From the IMG/VR virus record IMGVR_UViG_3300045988_073563: 64,000 bases of DNA. One strand, written 5' to 3'. Positions 20,664-32,994 of this stretch are shown here, in pieces; the stretch's first letter is position 1, and every line of letters begins with the position of its first letter. Position numbers and translations under genes: made by a program. This DNA is from a virus. Below the pieces are notes generated by a model, which was not told the DNA's origin, searched no databases, and saw nothing but the letters and a program-made list of their open reading frames with translations.

Positions 20664-21524
20664 ATGTTAGAAGATAAAATTATCGTTCAAGATCGCGGTT
20701 TTGACGCTGGTCTAGCTGCTTTAATGCAGAATGCAAACAAAGGTAATATGGACCCTGCAGCTCTCATGGCTATGATGAATAACAATGGTATGGGTGGCAA
20801 TGGTTGTTGGTGGATTTGGATCATCTTACTGTTCTTTGTATGGGGCGGTTGGGGTGGAAACGGCTTTGGAAACAGATGCGGTGAAGCTTCACAATTGGCT
20901 TCTCAACTGAACACAGATGCTAACACTAACCTATTGATGCAGGCAATCAATGGTAACAAAGAAGCTATCAGCACATTATCTAATACTTTGAATTGCGATA
21001 TCAACTCAGTACAGTCTGCATTAAACACTATTAATACTAGTGTAAGTCAGATCGCTTGTGACACTAAACTTTCTGGTGCTCAGGTAATAAATGCTATCCA
21101 GAGTGGTAACGCTAGCCTTGCATCACAATTGGCTTCTTGCTGCTGTGATGTACGTAACGCTATAACTACTCAGGGTTATGAGAGCCAATTAGCTATTGTA
21201 AATCAGACTAATACTCTGACAAGCAACGCTAATACTCAGTTCAACATCTTGGGTGCTAAAATAGACGCTTAGACTCAAATAATTAATGACAAATTCTGTC
21301 AACTTGAAATGCGTGAAATGCAGAACAAGATTGACTCATTACGTCAAGAAAACAATCAGTTAGCTTTGGCTGCTTCTCAGCAAGCTCAAACTGCTAACAT
21401 TGTTAATCAGTTAAGACCTACTCCGGTTCCTGCATATCTGACTTGTAACCCATATGGATGTAACGGTGGCTTTACAGGCTATGGTTACAATGGTTACTCT
21501 GATGGATGTGGCTGTGGATGCTAA
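20664..21524 (+). CDS. Gly/Cys-rich membrane protein (286 aa)
   Basis: Listed ORFs 20664.. and 21309.. are in frame, joined by a single TAG at 21270-21272. TM-like segment CWWIWIILLFFVWGGWGG. Ends ...GYSDGCGCGC. TAA stop. Confidence 0.6.
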
Positions 21525-21538
21525 GAAAGGAGGTAATT

Positions 21539-21970
21539 ATGTTTTTTAATTTTAATCCTTATACATTTAATAGAAGTAGAGTAAGAACTATAGATAACTT
21601 TGGTATACCTTCATTGAGAACAATATATGTTACCACTGATACTACCAATAATACTGTTACTTATGGTATCTGTCCTAGAATCTGGAGACAACTTCCTTGT
21701 GAGGGAATGTTTTTACTTAATATAGTAAATACTCCTGCTACAACAGTAACTGCAGCTTCTTTAGTAAGTATAGATACTACTAGAACAGCTAATCAAGTAA
21801 GTCCTACAACTACTACTTCTACAGGAGCTAGAGCTCTTATAAATGGCTCAGGTGATCAAATGGTTACAGAAGAAATATCAACAGGTAATAGATATCTTAT
21901 TTACTATAATAAATCAAATGGTACTTTCTAGACTGTAAATCATATTATACCACCTACTGCTGCTGCGTAA
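21539..21970 (+). CDS. hypothetical Thr-rich protein (143 aa)
   Basis: ATG at 21539 is preceded by AGGAGG. One TAG at 21929-21931, TAA at 21968-21970. Confidence 0.5.
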
Positions 21971-21982
21971 TTTTTTAATCAA

Positions 21983-22006
21983 AAAGGGCTCTTATTAGAG
22001 CCCTTT
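21983..22006 (+). terminator. hairpin terminator
   Basis: AAAGGGCTCT-tatt-AGAGCCCTTT, a perfect 10-bp stem. Confidence 0.7.
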
Positions 22007-22020
22007 AACAAATACTTATT

Positions 22021-22587
22021 ATGATAACATTTGCACAATTAAATATAGGAGATCCTATACATGTATTAGAAATAACTGGAACGTTTAAGAAAAGTACTAC
22101 TTATTATAAAGGTACTGTAATGAATGTATCCAAGGTTTATGATGAACTCCTTCCTCCTCAATAGTTTCCTCTACCGAATTAGAATAGAAAGAAACTAGTT
22201 GATATAACAATAGGGTGTGACGGTGAATAGAAGAAATTATCTGTAGAAGAGAATAAATCTATTGTAACGGATGGAGCTGTAGGCTTAACTATAGCAACAG
22301 ATAAACAACAGATAATAACAATGGTAAAGAATAATTATAATGAATACAAAGCAAAGAAGGAGGCTTTAGCTAAGTATGAAGAAGAAATGAATAAGTGCGA
22401 CGCAATACTCAAGTAGTTGGATTATTAGGAGGAAAACTTGAAACAAGAAGATCCTAGAATAAAAGAATTACAAGAACAAGTTGCAGAATTAAAAGGATTA
22501 ATAAAGCAAGCAGGTAATATGGTTCCACCTTAGATGAAATAGATGTTACCATAGAATATGCAAAAAGCAATGAATGAGGCTAGTTAA
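22021..22587 (+). CDS. hypothetical protein (188 aa)
   Basis: ATG at 22021. I read every codion in frame: eight in-frame TAGs, TAA at 22585-22587. No ORF is listed because of the TAG density. Confidence 0.55.
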
Positions 22588-22601
22588 TACTAGCCTTTTT
22601 T
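22577..22601 (+). terminator. rho-independent terminator
   Basis: AGGCTAGT-taat-ACTAGCCT followed by a T-run. The stop codon lies in the loop. Confidence 0.75.
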
Positions 22602-22720
22602 CATTTATAGCCCCAAGAACAAACGCTATTAGTTCATATGGTCTATTGTATTACTTACTACGTAAAGTGGCTAGAAACGCCTTAAAATACGTTATTATTA
22701 TATTTAATAAATAATGCATT

Positions 22721-23377
22721 ATGAAATTAAACACATTGAATACTATTATTGATGATATTCTACTTGAATTGCGCAACAGTTCTATTGCCGAATCAGAACA
22801 TATAAGTAGAATACAAATCGAGCAATGGATTCACAACTACAGAGCTATGTTAATTAAATAGGACATTGATAAAGGAAGAGATATCAATCCTATGTATGTA
22901 TAGACTCTGCCTTGTATTCATTTAGATCGTGTTGAGTGCACTCCCGGTCATATCGAATATGTAAGTAATATTGAATTACCAAAGCTTATAGACTTTCACT
23001 TTAGAACTGGATTAGTATCTGTAAAAGATATGTTCGGCAATTTAATCTAGTTAGGAAGTGAAACAAAAAACAAATATCAAAAGTATAGGAAATATACATG
23101 CAAAGACTACACAGCATACCTGAAAGGTAATAGAATATATGTAGATGGTGGTAACCATCAGTTAGAATACATTGAGGCAGATGTTATATTAGAGAATCCA
23201 GCTGATGCAAATGAATGCTTTGATCCAGATATGCCTTATCCAGCACCAGCTCATATAATACCAACTATTAAAGATTTAATCTTTAGTAAAGAGTTAAATA
23301 TAATGCCAAAAATGCCTACTGATGAGACCAATAATTCTAGAGATGATATGTAGAACATTTATAAACAGCAGAAATGA
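22721..23377 (+). CDS. virion structural protein, function unassigned (218 aa)
   Basis: ATG at 22721, four in-frame TAGs, TGA at 23375-23377 overlapping the next ATG (ATGA). Confidence 0.55.
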
Positions 23378-23823
23378 CACACAGAAAATCTTACACAATA
23401 AGTGACTTCTATTAGTTCTACTTATCTAATATCGAAAGAGATACTGTATATGATATTGATTATAAAGTGTACAGACAAATAATAGAAGACTATTTTAAAT
23501 TTATAGCAGATTAGGTTATTGAACATAGTAGAGAATTTAAACTACCATGCAGATTAGGTAATCTAAGTATAGTAAAGCGCAGACCTAAGAACTTTGATAA
23601 TAAGAGCCTAAGGATTGATTATCATGAAAGTGCCATACAAGGTAAAGCAGTATACTTTATCAATGAACATTCCAATTTTTTTAAATTCAGATTTTTGTGG
23701 TCAAAAAAAGACAGTCTTCTAAAAAATAAAACCAGATATTAGTTTGTTGCCACCAGAGCAAACAAGAGAAGATTAGCACAAATAATAAAAAATAGAGAGC
23801 ATGATTACGTGGAGATTCGCTGA
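23374..23823 (+). CDS. hypothetical protein (149 aa)
   Basis: ATG at 23374, in-frame TAGs only, TGA at 23821-23823. Confidence 0.5.
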
Positions 23824-24556
23824 TGTTAACAAATTACCTGAGGAATCTGGTATTTATATGATATTGAATATATTAAACAATCATAAATACGTAGGTAGCA
23901 CCAATAACTTTAAGAGAAGACTAACCAGACATCGCGGAGAATTACGTAAGGATAAACATCATTCCACTTACTTGTAGAGGGCGTATAATAAATATGGTGA
24001 AGACAAATTCATAATATATATACTAGAGAGATGTTAGCCTATAAAAGATACTTTGATATATTTAGAGTAGAAGTATTTGGATTTAAATCCAGAATATAAT
24101 ATCGAGAAAGTAGCAGATAGAAGATTTACTAAATAGGCAAAGATAAAAACAAATAAGGTAAAGCATCCAATACAACAATATAGTTTAGACGGTAATTTTA
24201 TCAGAGAATTTGACAGTATAACACAGGCAGCCAAATGGTGTGGAAATAAAAACAAACACCCTCAAATATCTTTGTGTTGTTAGGGTAAATTGATCCAAGC
24301 GTGCGGGTATCTATGGAAATATAAGAATGATGATAGAAGCATTATGCAAGTAACAAAACAACCTTGTGATAAAGGAATAAAAGTTGATCAATTAGACATA
24401 AACGGGAACTATATTAAAACTTATGATAATATGAGAATAGCTGCAGAATCAAATGGATCAATACAAAATAGATCTGCTATAAATAGAGTATGTAGAGGAT
24501 AGAAGAAAACAGCTTTTGGGTATAAGTGGAGATACCATACAAATAATATATTATGA
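23801..24556 (+). CDS. GIY-YIG homing endonuclease (251 aa)
   Basis: SGIYMILNILNNHKYVGSTNNFKRRLTRHRGEL...HHSTYL(TAG)RAYNKYGEDKFIIYILE. C-terminal repeated DNA-binding modules (YSLDGNFIREFDSITQAAKW / LDINGNYIKTYDNMRIAAES). Six in-frame TAGs, TGA at 24554-24556. Confidence 0.8.
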
Positions 24557-25464
24557 TAGACAATAATATGATATCATCTAAAGCAGTTATAGCCAAAATA
24601 ATTGCTGATTTAGATTTAAAAGAAGATGAAGTTAAAATAACCGATATAAGAGAATATATTGGTGAGGCTATGGAAAAGATAGGTGCTATATAGCAACTAG
24701 AACATAAAGTAGAAAATATTCCTGTAATAGGTTACTAGGCAAAGTTGCCATGTGATCTATACAGATTAAATTAGGTAGCATTTTCATTTGATAATAGTTG
24801 TGGTTGGTTACCCATGAGAAAGGTTACCAACTCTTTTGGTGTTTATACCAAATGTGATAAATGTGATCCTAATATGATAATAGGTGATAATGCTCTTATA
24901 CCTTTAGTAAAGAATCTATATAACCTTATAGATGATAGATCTGCATTAGATATCATTAACTCCGATCCTAATGTTAAAAAGACATTAAGTGCTTTAGTAA
25001 ACCAATATACTATACCTAGTGTAAATGGTAGACTTATAGTAGGTAATCCTGCATCATTAAATGGATCATTGCAATACTCTACTAAACCGGGTTATATTAC
25101 AGTAAATGTTCCTTGTGGTTGGGTTAAGATATCTTATCATGCCATCATTACTGATGAAGATAGTATGCCTATGATACCAGATAATCCTTCTTATTTCGAA
25201 GCCATATTTTGGTATGTAGCTATGAAGTTATCTTATCCTAAGTACCTAAAAGGACAACTGAATCAAAACATATACTATGATATGAAGAACTCATGGAACT
25301 TCTATCGTAGACAGGCTTACGCAGAAGCTATGATGCCGGGTGTAGATGAAATAGAATCTATCAAGAATGATTGGCATAAGTTATATACAGAGTTTGATGA
25401 TCATGATACGTTCTTTGCTACTACTGGAGATGAACAAATAATATATAATTAGAATAGATTATGA
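24553..25464 (+). CDS. virion structural protein (303 aa)
   Basis: ATG at 24553 is in frame with listed ORF 24814..25452. Four in-frame TAGs, TGA at 25462-25464. Confidence 0.55.
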
Positions 25465-28400
25465 CAAATACTTTACAAACTAACAGTTTCGTAGGTGGTA
25501 TGAATATGGATATTGATATTCATGCAATACCTGAGAATCAGTATAGATATGCTGAGAACATCAGAATCATTACTGATACTGAAGGTACTAGTGGAGTATT
25601 ATAGAATATTCAAAACATTCATACTGTAGATGGCGGTGACTTTATATCAGAAGATGAAGTAGTACTATATGTCGTTACTGTAGATAAGTATGCTGTCATT
25701 CTTACTGTAGATAGTAAAAATATAAATAGAGTATATAGAGTATCTGATTATAACAATTTACCATTAAAACACACCGTAGTAATAAAAGGTAAACTGCAAT
25801 ATAGTAAAACTAATAGGGTTAAAATAGTAGCTAACTATGAGGCTGAGAATAACATTAAGATATACATAACAGATGGTAATACTCCTATTAGAGTATTAAA
25901 TATCATGGATAATAAATATGTATATGAACCAGGTGTTACAAATGATCTGTTAGATAGTGAAGGCAATATTAAGGATCTTAGTATCCTTGACTTAACCCCT
26001 AGCTCTTTACTTAGCCCTCCTAAAATAGTAGATTTAGGTTCTGGTAATCTATAGTCTGGTACTGTACAGTATGCCTATCAGTTATTTAATGTCAGAGGAT
26101 CAAATACTATTATGTCTCCTTGTAGTGGATTAGTACATCTAACAGATAGTAATACCTCTAGTAGTTTGAATGAATATCACGGTTTAGATAAAGAAGTATC
26201 TACTGGCAAATCAGTTAAGATGTCTATTGATCTAGTAGATAAAACTACTGGTATAAACTATAATAGCTTCTATAATAACTGTAGAATATTTAGAATATTC
26301 TATAATGATAATACTGAACTACCTACAGTAGATGTTATAGCTGAGATCAAATCATCTGGTAGTTCAACTAGTATTGAATATGAGGATTTAGGTGGAGCGC
26401 CTATTAATACTATTACTTTAGAAGAATTGAATTCTTTAACAAATAATTCGTTTGTAGCTTCTACTATTGAAAAGAAGGATAATAGATTATTTGCTGCTGG
26501 TATTAAAGAAAATACTTGGAGAACTGACTATGATGCTAGAGCTTATAGATGTACTAAAGAAGGTAGATTAATACTCAAATCAGCTAGTGGTCAGAATGAT
26601 ATTGATGTAATGTTACCAGAGTATGGTTCTGCAGCATGGAAGAATATATTATCAGATATAGATCCTGAACACGATTGTATCAATCCATATAACTCTGTGA
26701 AGGGGCAGCCAACTGCTAATGATAATCTACAGTATAGTAATAAGGTTGAAAGAGGTGCTAGAATACTAGGTGGTAGTGGTATAAATGTAAACTATAGATT
26801 TGTTTATACTGAGCTTACTATGGATACCATGTAGTCTATGAATACATCTGCAACAGAAGGTCATGACTATGCTAAGATTCAAGTACTTCCTCAGACTACA
26901 TCTTCTATGACATTCTATTTCCTAGATGGACTGAAGGATACATCAATAAATCGTAGTATTCCAGAGTATTCTAGATAGATGAATTATGCAGATCCATATA
27001 TTGATGCTAATTTCAGAGGATATTAGAGAGATGAAATATATAGATTTGGTATTGTATTCTATAACAATAAGAGTATTCCATCTAATGTTAGTTGGATTGG
27101 AGATATTAGAATGCCTAACGCTCATGAGTACCCAACCTTCTTTGCAGGAGAAAATCTTATTGGTAAAGCATTAGGATTACAATTTGAAGTATCTAATGTA
27201 CCAGAAGGAGCTGTAGCGTATGAAATAGTAAGATGTAGACGTACAGTTGATGATAGAACTGTATTAATGCAAGGAGTTATATCAGAGATAACTAACTATC
27301 CATATAAGTATATAAACAAAGGTGATGAGCCAGATAATAGTTATAGACCTAGGATACCACTTGGATATACAGATCAGGATATACCAGTTAAGTATACTAA
27401 AGCTGGTAGAATGACAGAAATATATGCTGAGCAATCTTCTACATTCTTTAATGATAGAGTAACAAAGTATTATGTCACATTCATAAGTCCTGAATTGGAT
27501 ATAACTGGTGAAAGTTTGGTTGGCAAACTTAAGAATGCTCATGCTGAATTATTATATTACTTACACCCAATAGCAAGTAAAGGATATTGGTACAGAGCAG
27601 CTAATGGAGCAAATATATATTCAAATAAATATTTTATAACTCCTAATAATACAAACTGGGGATTCTCATCAGATAGAGTAACAGAATCAAAACTCATAGG
27701 TTGTTATAATAGTGATGTGAATGGTTTTGTAATAGCATCTGAAGAATTTGCTACAGAACAAACAGTACACTCTATATCTAACTTGATAGGTAAAAGATAC
27801 ATACTACATAATACTGCAATATCTGAAAGTAGATTAACTGTTGATATTAATAATAACTCAATATTTCCACCAATTATGGCAGGAGGAAATATCATGGCAG
27901 AGAAGATGCAGTACTATAGAACTATTGGTGATATCAACTATTTGAACTTAGGTCATATCCACAATAGTGATGGAGATAACAATGGAGCACGTAGAGCAGG
28001 TCCGTTTGGTTATTGTGCAGTATTGAATGGAGATTTTACCAAGATACCTAAGTTTCATAGAGTAGATGGTGTAATACAAGCTAATTACAATATAACAAGT
28101 GTAATAGGTTCTTAGGATATATTCTTGAATAAGGCATGGTTTGAATTACCAGTAGTAAATATAAAACTTAGTAACATACCATATGGTGGTAATAGTTACA
28201 TAGCTAGAACTAACTCTACATATATTAGTACTAATTCATTTACTACAATAGGACCCAGTGGTGGTCAATCTTTAGTATATGGTGGTGATACTTTTATTGG
28301 CGTTCATGATCATAGGACTGCCAACGCATTCCCAGATCCGGGTAATGGAGATTATAGAGCATCGTTGATAAGTTGCACAGACTATATACCAGTAGAAAGT

Positions 28401-29627
28401 AGTATTAATCTTGCACTACAATATGGTGAAACTACTAGTCGCAGCTGTGAAGGTATGGATGATTATACTAATCCATATTTAGGTACTACTATAGATGGAG
28501 GTACACTGGGTAATTATAATAAGCAAACCAAACCATATTATGCATATAATGATGCATATTCTGTTCAAGGAGATGCAAAGAAATATGTTACTGAATCTGC
28601 TTACGCAATAACTAATGCTAATAATATAAATAGAATTGTATATTCACAAGCTAAGATTAATAATGAAGTAACAGATAGTTGGTTACAGTTTAAGTTTGCA
28701 GATTACCTAGATGTAGATAATCAGTATGGTAAGATAACGAATCTTAAATCATTTAATGATAAACTATTCTTTTGGCAAGATAGCGCATTTGGAATAGCAT
28801 CTGTAAATGATAGATCTCTTATTACTGATAATAATATTAGTGAGCTTACTTTAGGTACTGGTGGTATATTAACAAGGTATGATTATATTACTACTGGTAA
28901 TGGATCATCTGTTATAAACGACAATAGTATAACTAATTCTGACTTTGCATTATATTGGCATGATAGAGATAAAAATGAGTTATGCCAATTCTCTGATACT
29001 ATACATAAGTTGTCTAAAGAGAAAGGAGTATAGACTTATTTGAACGCAAATCCCAACTTTGTAGTTCATGACTCATTCTATGATAATGAATTCAACGAAG
29101 TTAGATTTTGTTTCAATACTAAGACACTAGTATATAATGAATATACCCAAAGTTTTACTTCATTCTATACTGAGAATCCTGCTGGTCACTTGAAATTTTC
29201 TGACAAGTTGTTATATATCAAAGACAATAAAGTGATGCAAACCGAAGATCGTGCGTTAAATGTAATGGAGTGTAAGATACAGTATATTATTAATAAAGAT
29301 ATACTATATACTAAGACATTTGACAATGTATTCTTTAGTGGTTAGTTTAGAGACATAAAGAGAATGCTTACTGATGCTACATTTAGAACTACAGATCAAG
29401 TAGGTACTATTACTTAGGATTATGTAAATGGTGGTTATGCTATAGATCATAGAGAAAATACATATAGATTTGCTATAGGTAGAGAATAGAATAGTGATGA
29501 TACGTTATCGTATCCGGGTAGATTAAGAGGTAAGTACTTAATATGTGATCTTACTTTGAATTGTGGAGAACAACACAACTTTACTCTCCCTAATATTAAT
29601 ACAACATATAGATACTCATTAGTATAA
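25461..29627 (+). CDS. large tail/virion protein (1388 aa)
   Basis: Listed ORFs 26112, 27111, 28125 and 29040 all lie in frame 0. Ten in-frame TAGs, TAA at 29625-29627. Confidence 0.7.
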
Positions 29628-31204
29628 TGAAAAAGAAGAATAAGATAAATAAATACCAAACGGGCGGGTATAATTTTAATAGTGACTATATAAAGTCAAG
29701 ATACTAGAATATAACTAGCAATCCTTTGCAACCTATTAGTCCTGCAATGTCTGCTCAAGTTCCATAGAAATTATCTGGAAATCCTATACAAACACAACCG
29801 TATAATCCTAGTACAAGTCCTAATATAATGGGAGTAGCAGGTAATATGATAGGTGGAGCAGGTGATATGTTAACTCTAGTAGGAGGTAATTCTAATGCTA
29901 CTACTGGAGGTGAGGCGGCTAAAGAATCTGTATAGAGTGTATTTAAGGGAGCAGCTACCGGAGCTAAAATGGGAGCAGCGTTAGGACCTGTTGGAGCCGT
30001 TGTTGGTGGAATAGGTGGAGCTGTAGTTGGTTCCATAGGTAAAAGTGGTAAAGTACAAGTAAACGGATTCTATGAAGATCCTACTCTTACATTAGGTACT
30101 GGATTTAAAGGAGCTGTATAGAACAAAGGTCTTAGAGAAAAGTACAGAAGAGAAAAAGAAAGAGTACTGGGTAATAGATTTGCATTACAGAATAGTGCAC
30201 TGTTAAATGCAGATTGGAATGAGACATACGATCAATCTGTAGATACGATGGCATACGGTGGTACTACTTCTAGTCTAGCTTATGTAGACGATGGTGAACT
30301 TATTAATACTCCAGATGGTAGTATATTAGAAGTACCAGAAGAAGGTAAACCTACAGATAGTAATTTAGTAAATATTCCGGAAGGCAGTAGAATATTAAGT
30401 GATACTTTGAAAGTGCCCGGAAGTAAAGAAACATTTGCACAAATGGGTAAAAGAATGATGTCTAAAAAGAAAAGCAAAGGCAAAGATAAATATGCTGAGA
30501 ATTCAGCCAAATTGAATTAGATGAATGACCAAATGATTCATGATCAATTATTTAATTTATAGGAATCTATGAAAGGTTCTAATAAACAGTCTAAAAATAA
30601 ATTTAGAAATGGTGGTAAACTGGCATAGGGATTGACAGACTTAGCTGCTTTAACTCCAGTATTATCTAACCTAGGAACTACTGCTGAAAGTTTTGATACG
30701 GTATACAATCCATATTCTAGTCAAATACTTAGTACTATGGCTGGTAGAAAGTACGATATTACTCCAGTTAGAAGAGCTATCAGAGAGAATAGAGCTATAT
30801 CAAATTACAATGCTTCTCAATCTAATACAAATACAGGAGCTAATATGGCTTATAGATTACAAAGTCAAGTAGCGGCAGATAAAGCTATAGCAGATTTATA
30901 TTCACAGAAGAGTAATATTGAGAATCAATATAAAGGAGAATACGCAAATACTCTCAATAACTTAGGACAGCAATTTGTATCTGCTCGTAACATGTCTACT
31001 GATTTGAATGCTAGAAGTAGAGCAGCAGCTAGAAATATTAACAGAGAAGCTTTATCACAGATAAGTAATTATGCACAAAACAGAAGGTTAATGAATAATC
31101 AAAGATCTAGAGATATGGCTATGTTGGATGCATATGCTCCTTTCTTAGAGTCTGTATATACTACAGCAGATTATTCTAACTTAATGAACAAATTTAGAAG
31201 ATAA
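29627..31204 (+). CDS. virion internal/tail protein with Gly-rich hydrophobic segment (525 aa)
   Basis: ATG at 29627 is in frame with 30248.. and 30632... In-frame TAGs only, TAA stop. Contains GAATGAKMGAALGPVGAVVGGIGGAVVGSIG. Confidence 0.6.
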
Positions 31205-31205
31205 T

Positions 31206-32993
31206 ATGGCAGCAAATATGTACGATCAAGCCGCATAGGCTTAGTTTATTAATACTTATGCTCCAATTAATTTTGGAGAATTGTTTAGAATTGGTGCAGC
31301 GCAGAAAGAAGAAATGGATAGAGCTGCTCAACAATTTGGAGCATAGTTACAGAAATTTGGAGAATTTAGATCACCATCTGCAGTAGATACTCAAAGTTAT
31401 TATAATCTTACTACTGGTAGACAGGATATACAGGATGCTATAAATCAAATGGTATCTAACCCAGATGCTTTGAAAGATGCTTCTTTTAGGTCTAGTTTAC
31501 AATCATTAATAAATAATATAGATTATTCTTCATTAAGTTTGCTTAAAGAAAGTGCAGATAACCTAAGACTTGGATTACAAACAAGATCTAAAATGATGGC
31601 TGAAGGAAGGTATAATAAAGAATGGGATGATTCTGACATACCTAACTATAATACATTAGATAAAAGAAGAGTGTTTGATGATATTACTCCTGTAGCATTT
31701 ATGAATGCAAATGAGTTGAGTACTCCATACTTTAATGATTTAAAACGAGGATTCTTAGGTACTAAATACATTAATGGAACTAGATATATAGTTAGTGGTA
31801 ATAACATGGATGACTTGTATTAGGTTGCATCAGCTAAGTTTAATGACCTTATAGACACTCCTCAGGGTAGAAAATATTATGAAAGTTTTATTAGAAGAAA
31901 TGGAGGAGATGTAGAAGCGGCTAAAAGTCAATTTGTTGATATGATAGCATAGTCACAAATTGATAGAACTATTAGACCAGACTATGAAGTAGATCCGTCA
32001 TACATACAAGAGTTGAAAAATGCAGGAAGAGGCGGTTCGGGTAGTACAGTTCCTCAAGGTTTACCAGATTTAACCACCATAGTAGAATCTACTACCAATA
32101 GAAATATGCTAGCTAAATTTGGAGGATTGTCGGCAGAAGAAAGAGAATAGATTAGAAATGGTAGTATAACTCCAGATGTAATAGAAAAAGCAATGCAGAA
32201 TATGACTGTCAATGTTGATAAAATATTTAATTCTGCAAAAGGTATGCCAAGACAGAAATCCAAAACAGTATTAGATAATATACAGAGTCCTTTATCTCCA
32301 AATGCTGGTGAAATATTCTTGTCAGAAGGAGGGGAAGGCACTATGAATAAGGGATTTAAAGTATCCAATGAAACAGGTAATATGGTGCTCGGGGATGATT
32401 TTGTTACTGGAATAATTGGGTATGATATGGGTGCTCCACAGTATATTAAACAAGCACTACTCGATCCGGCTGCAAAGAAAGGAAGTAAAAGTGCAAATAC
32501 ATTTGAAAAATCTCTAATTAACAATGTAAGATTTCAAGAAGCTTGGTATAGTAATAAGTTTAGAGATGTTATTATAAAAGATGCAGGAAGTACTGTAGGA
32601 GATATAGCTGATATTTATCATAGAAGAAAAGTTTATGTATCTATGAAAGATCTACGCAATATTGGAATGAATATAGAAAATGTAGCATCAATTGGTAAAG
32701 TAGTACCATTCGGAGATATATCTGATTAGGAAGAAATTACAATTAAACAAGAATATGATCCAGAAACTGGTGAAGTGTTAAGCGGTACTACAGAAAAAGG
32801 TTTGAAAAGAAAAAAAATAGACAAATCTGACTTATACGTTGAAGTTGAAGGTCTATATCCTATAGAGACTGGCAGTAGTGAAGCTACAGTTAGTAGAAAT
32901 GCGATATATGAAGATAAAGTAAGAAAATTAGGTTCTAAAGAAAGATACCAACAGGCTGTAGAGTCTGCATATAAATACCTTGGTTACAATTGA
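31206..32993 (+). CDS. virion protein (595 aa)
   Basis: ATG at 31206 is in frame with 31449, 32193 and 32775. In-frame TAGs only, TGA at 32991-32993. Confidence 0.6.
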
Positions 32994-32994
32994 T

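Noticed and set aside
21506-21538. Upstream ATG 21506 as the start of ORF 21506..21931.
   Set aside because: It overlaps the Cys-rich end of the preceding gene. ATG 21539 is in the same frame, directly preceded by AGGAGG, and lies just after the preceding TAA, so it is the more plausible start.
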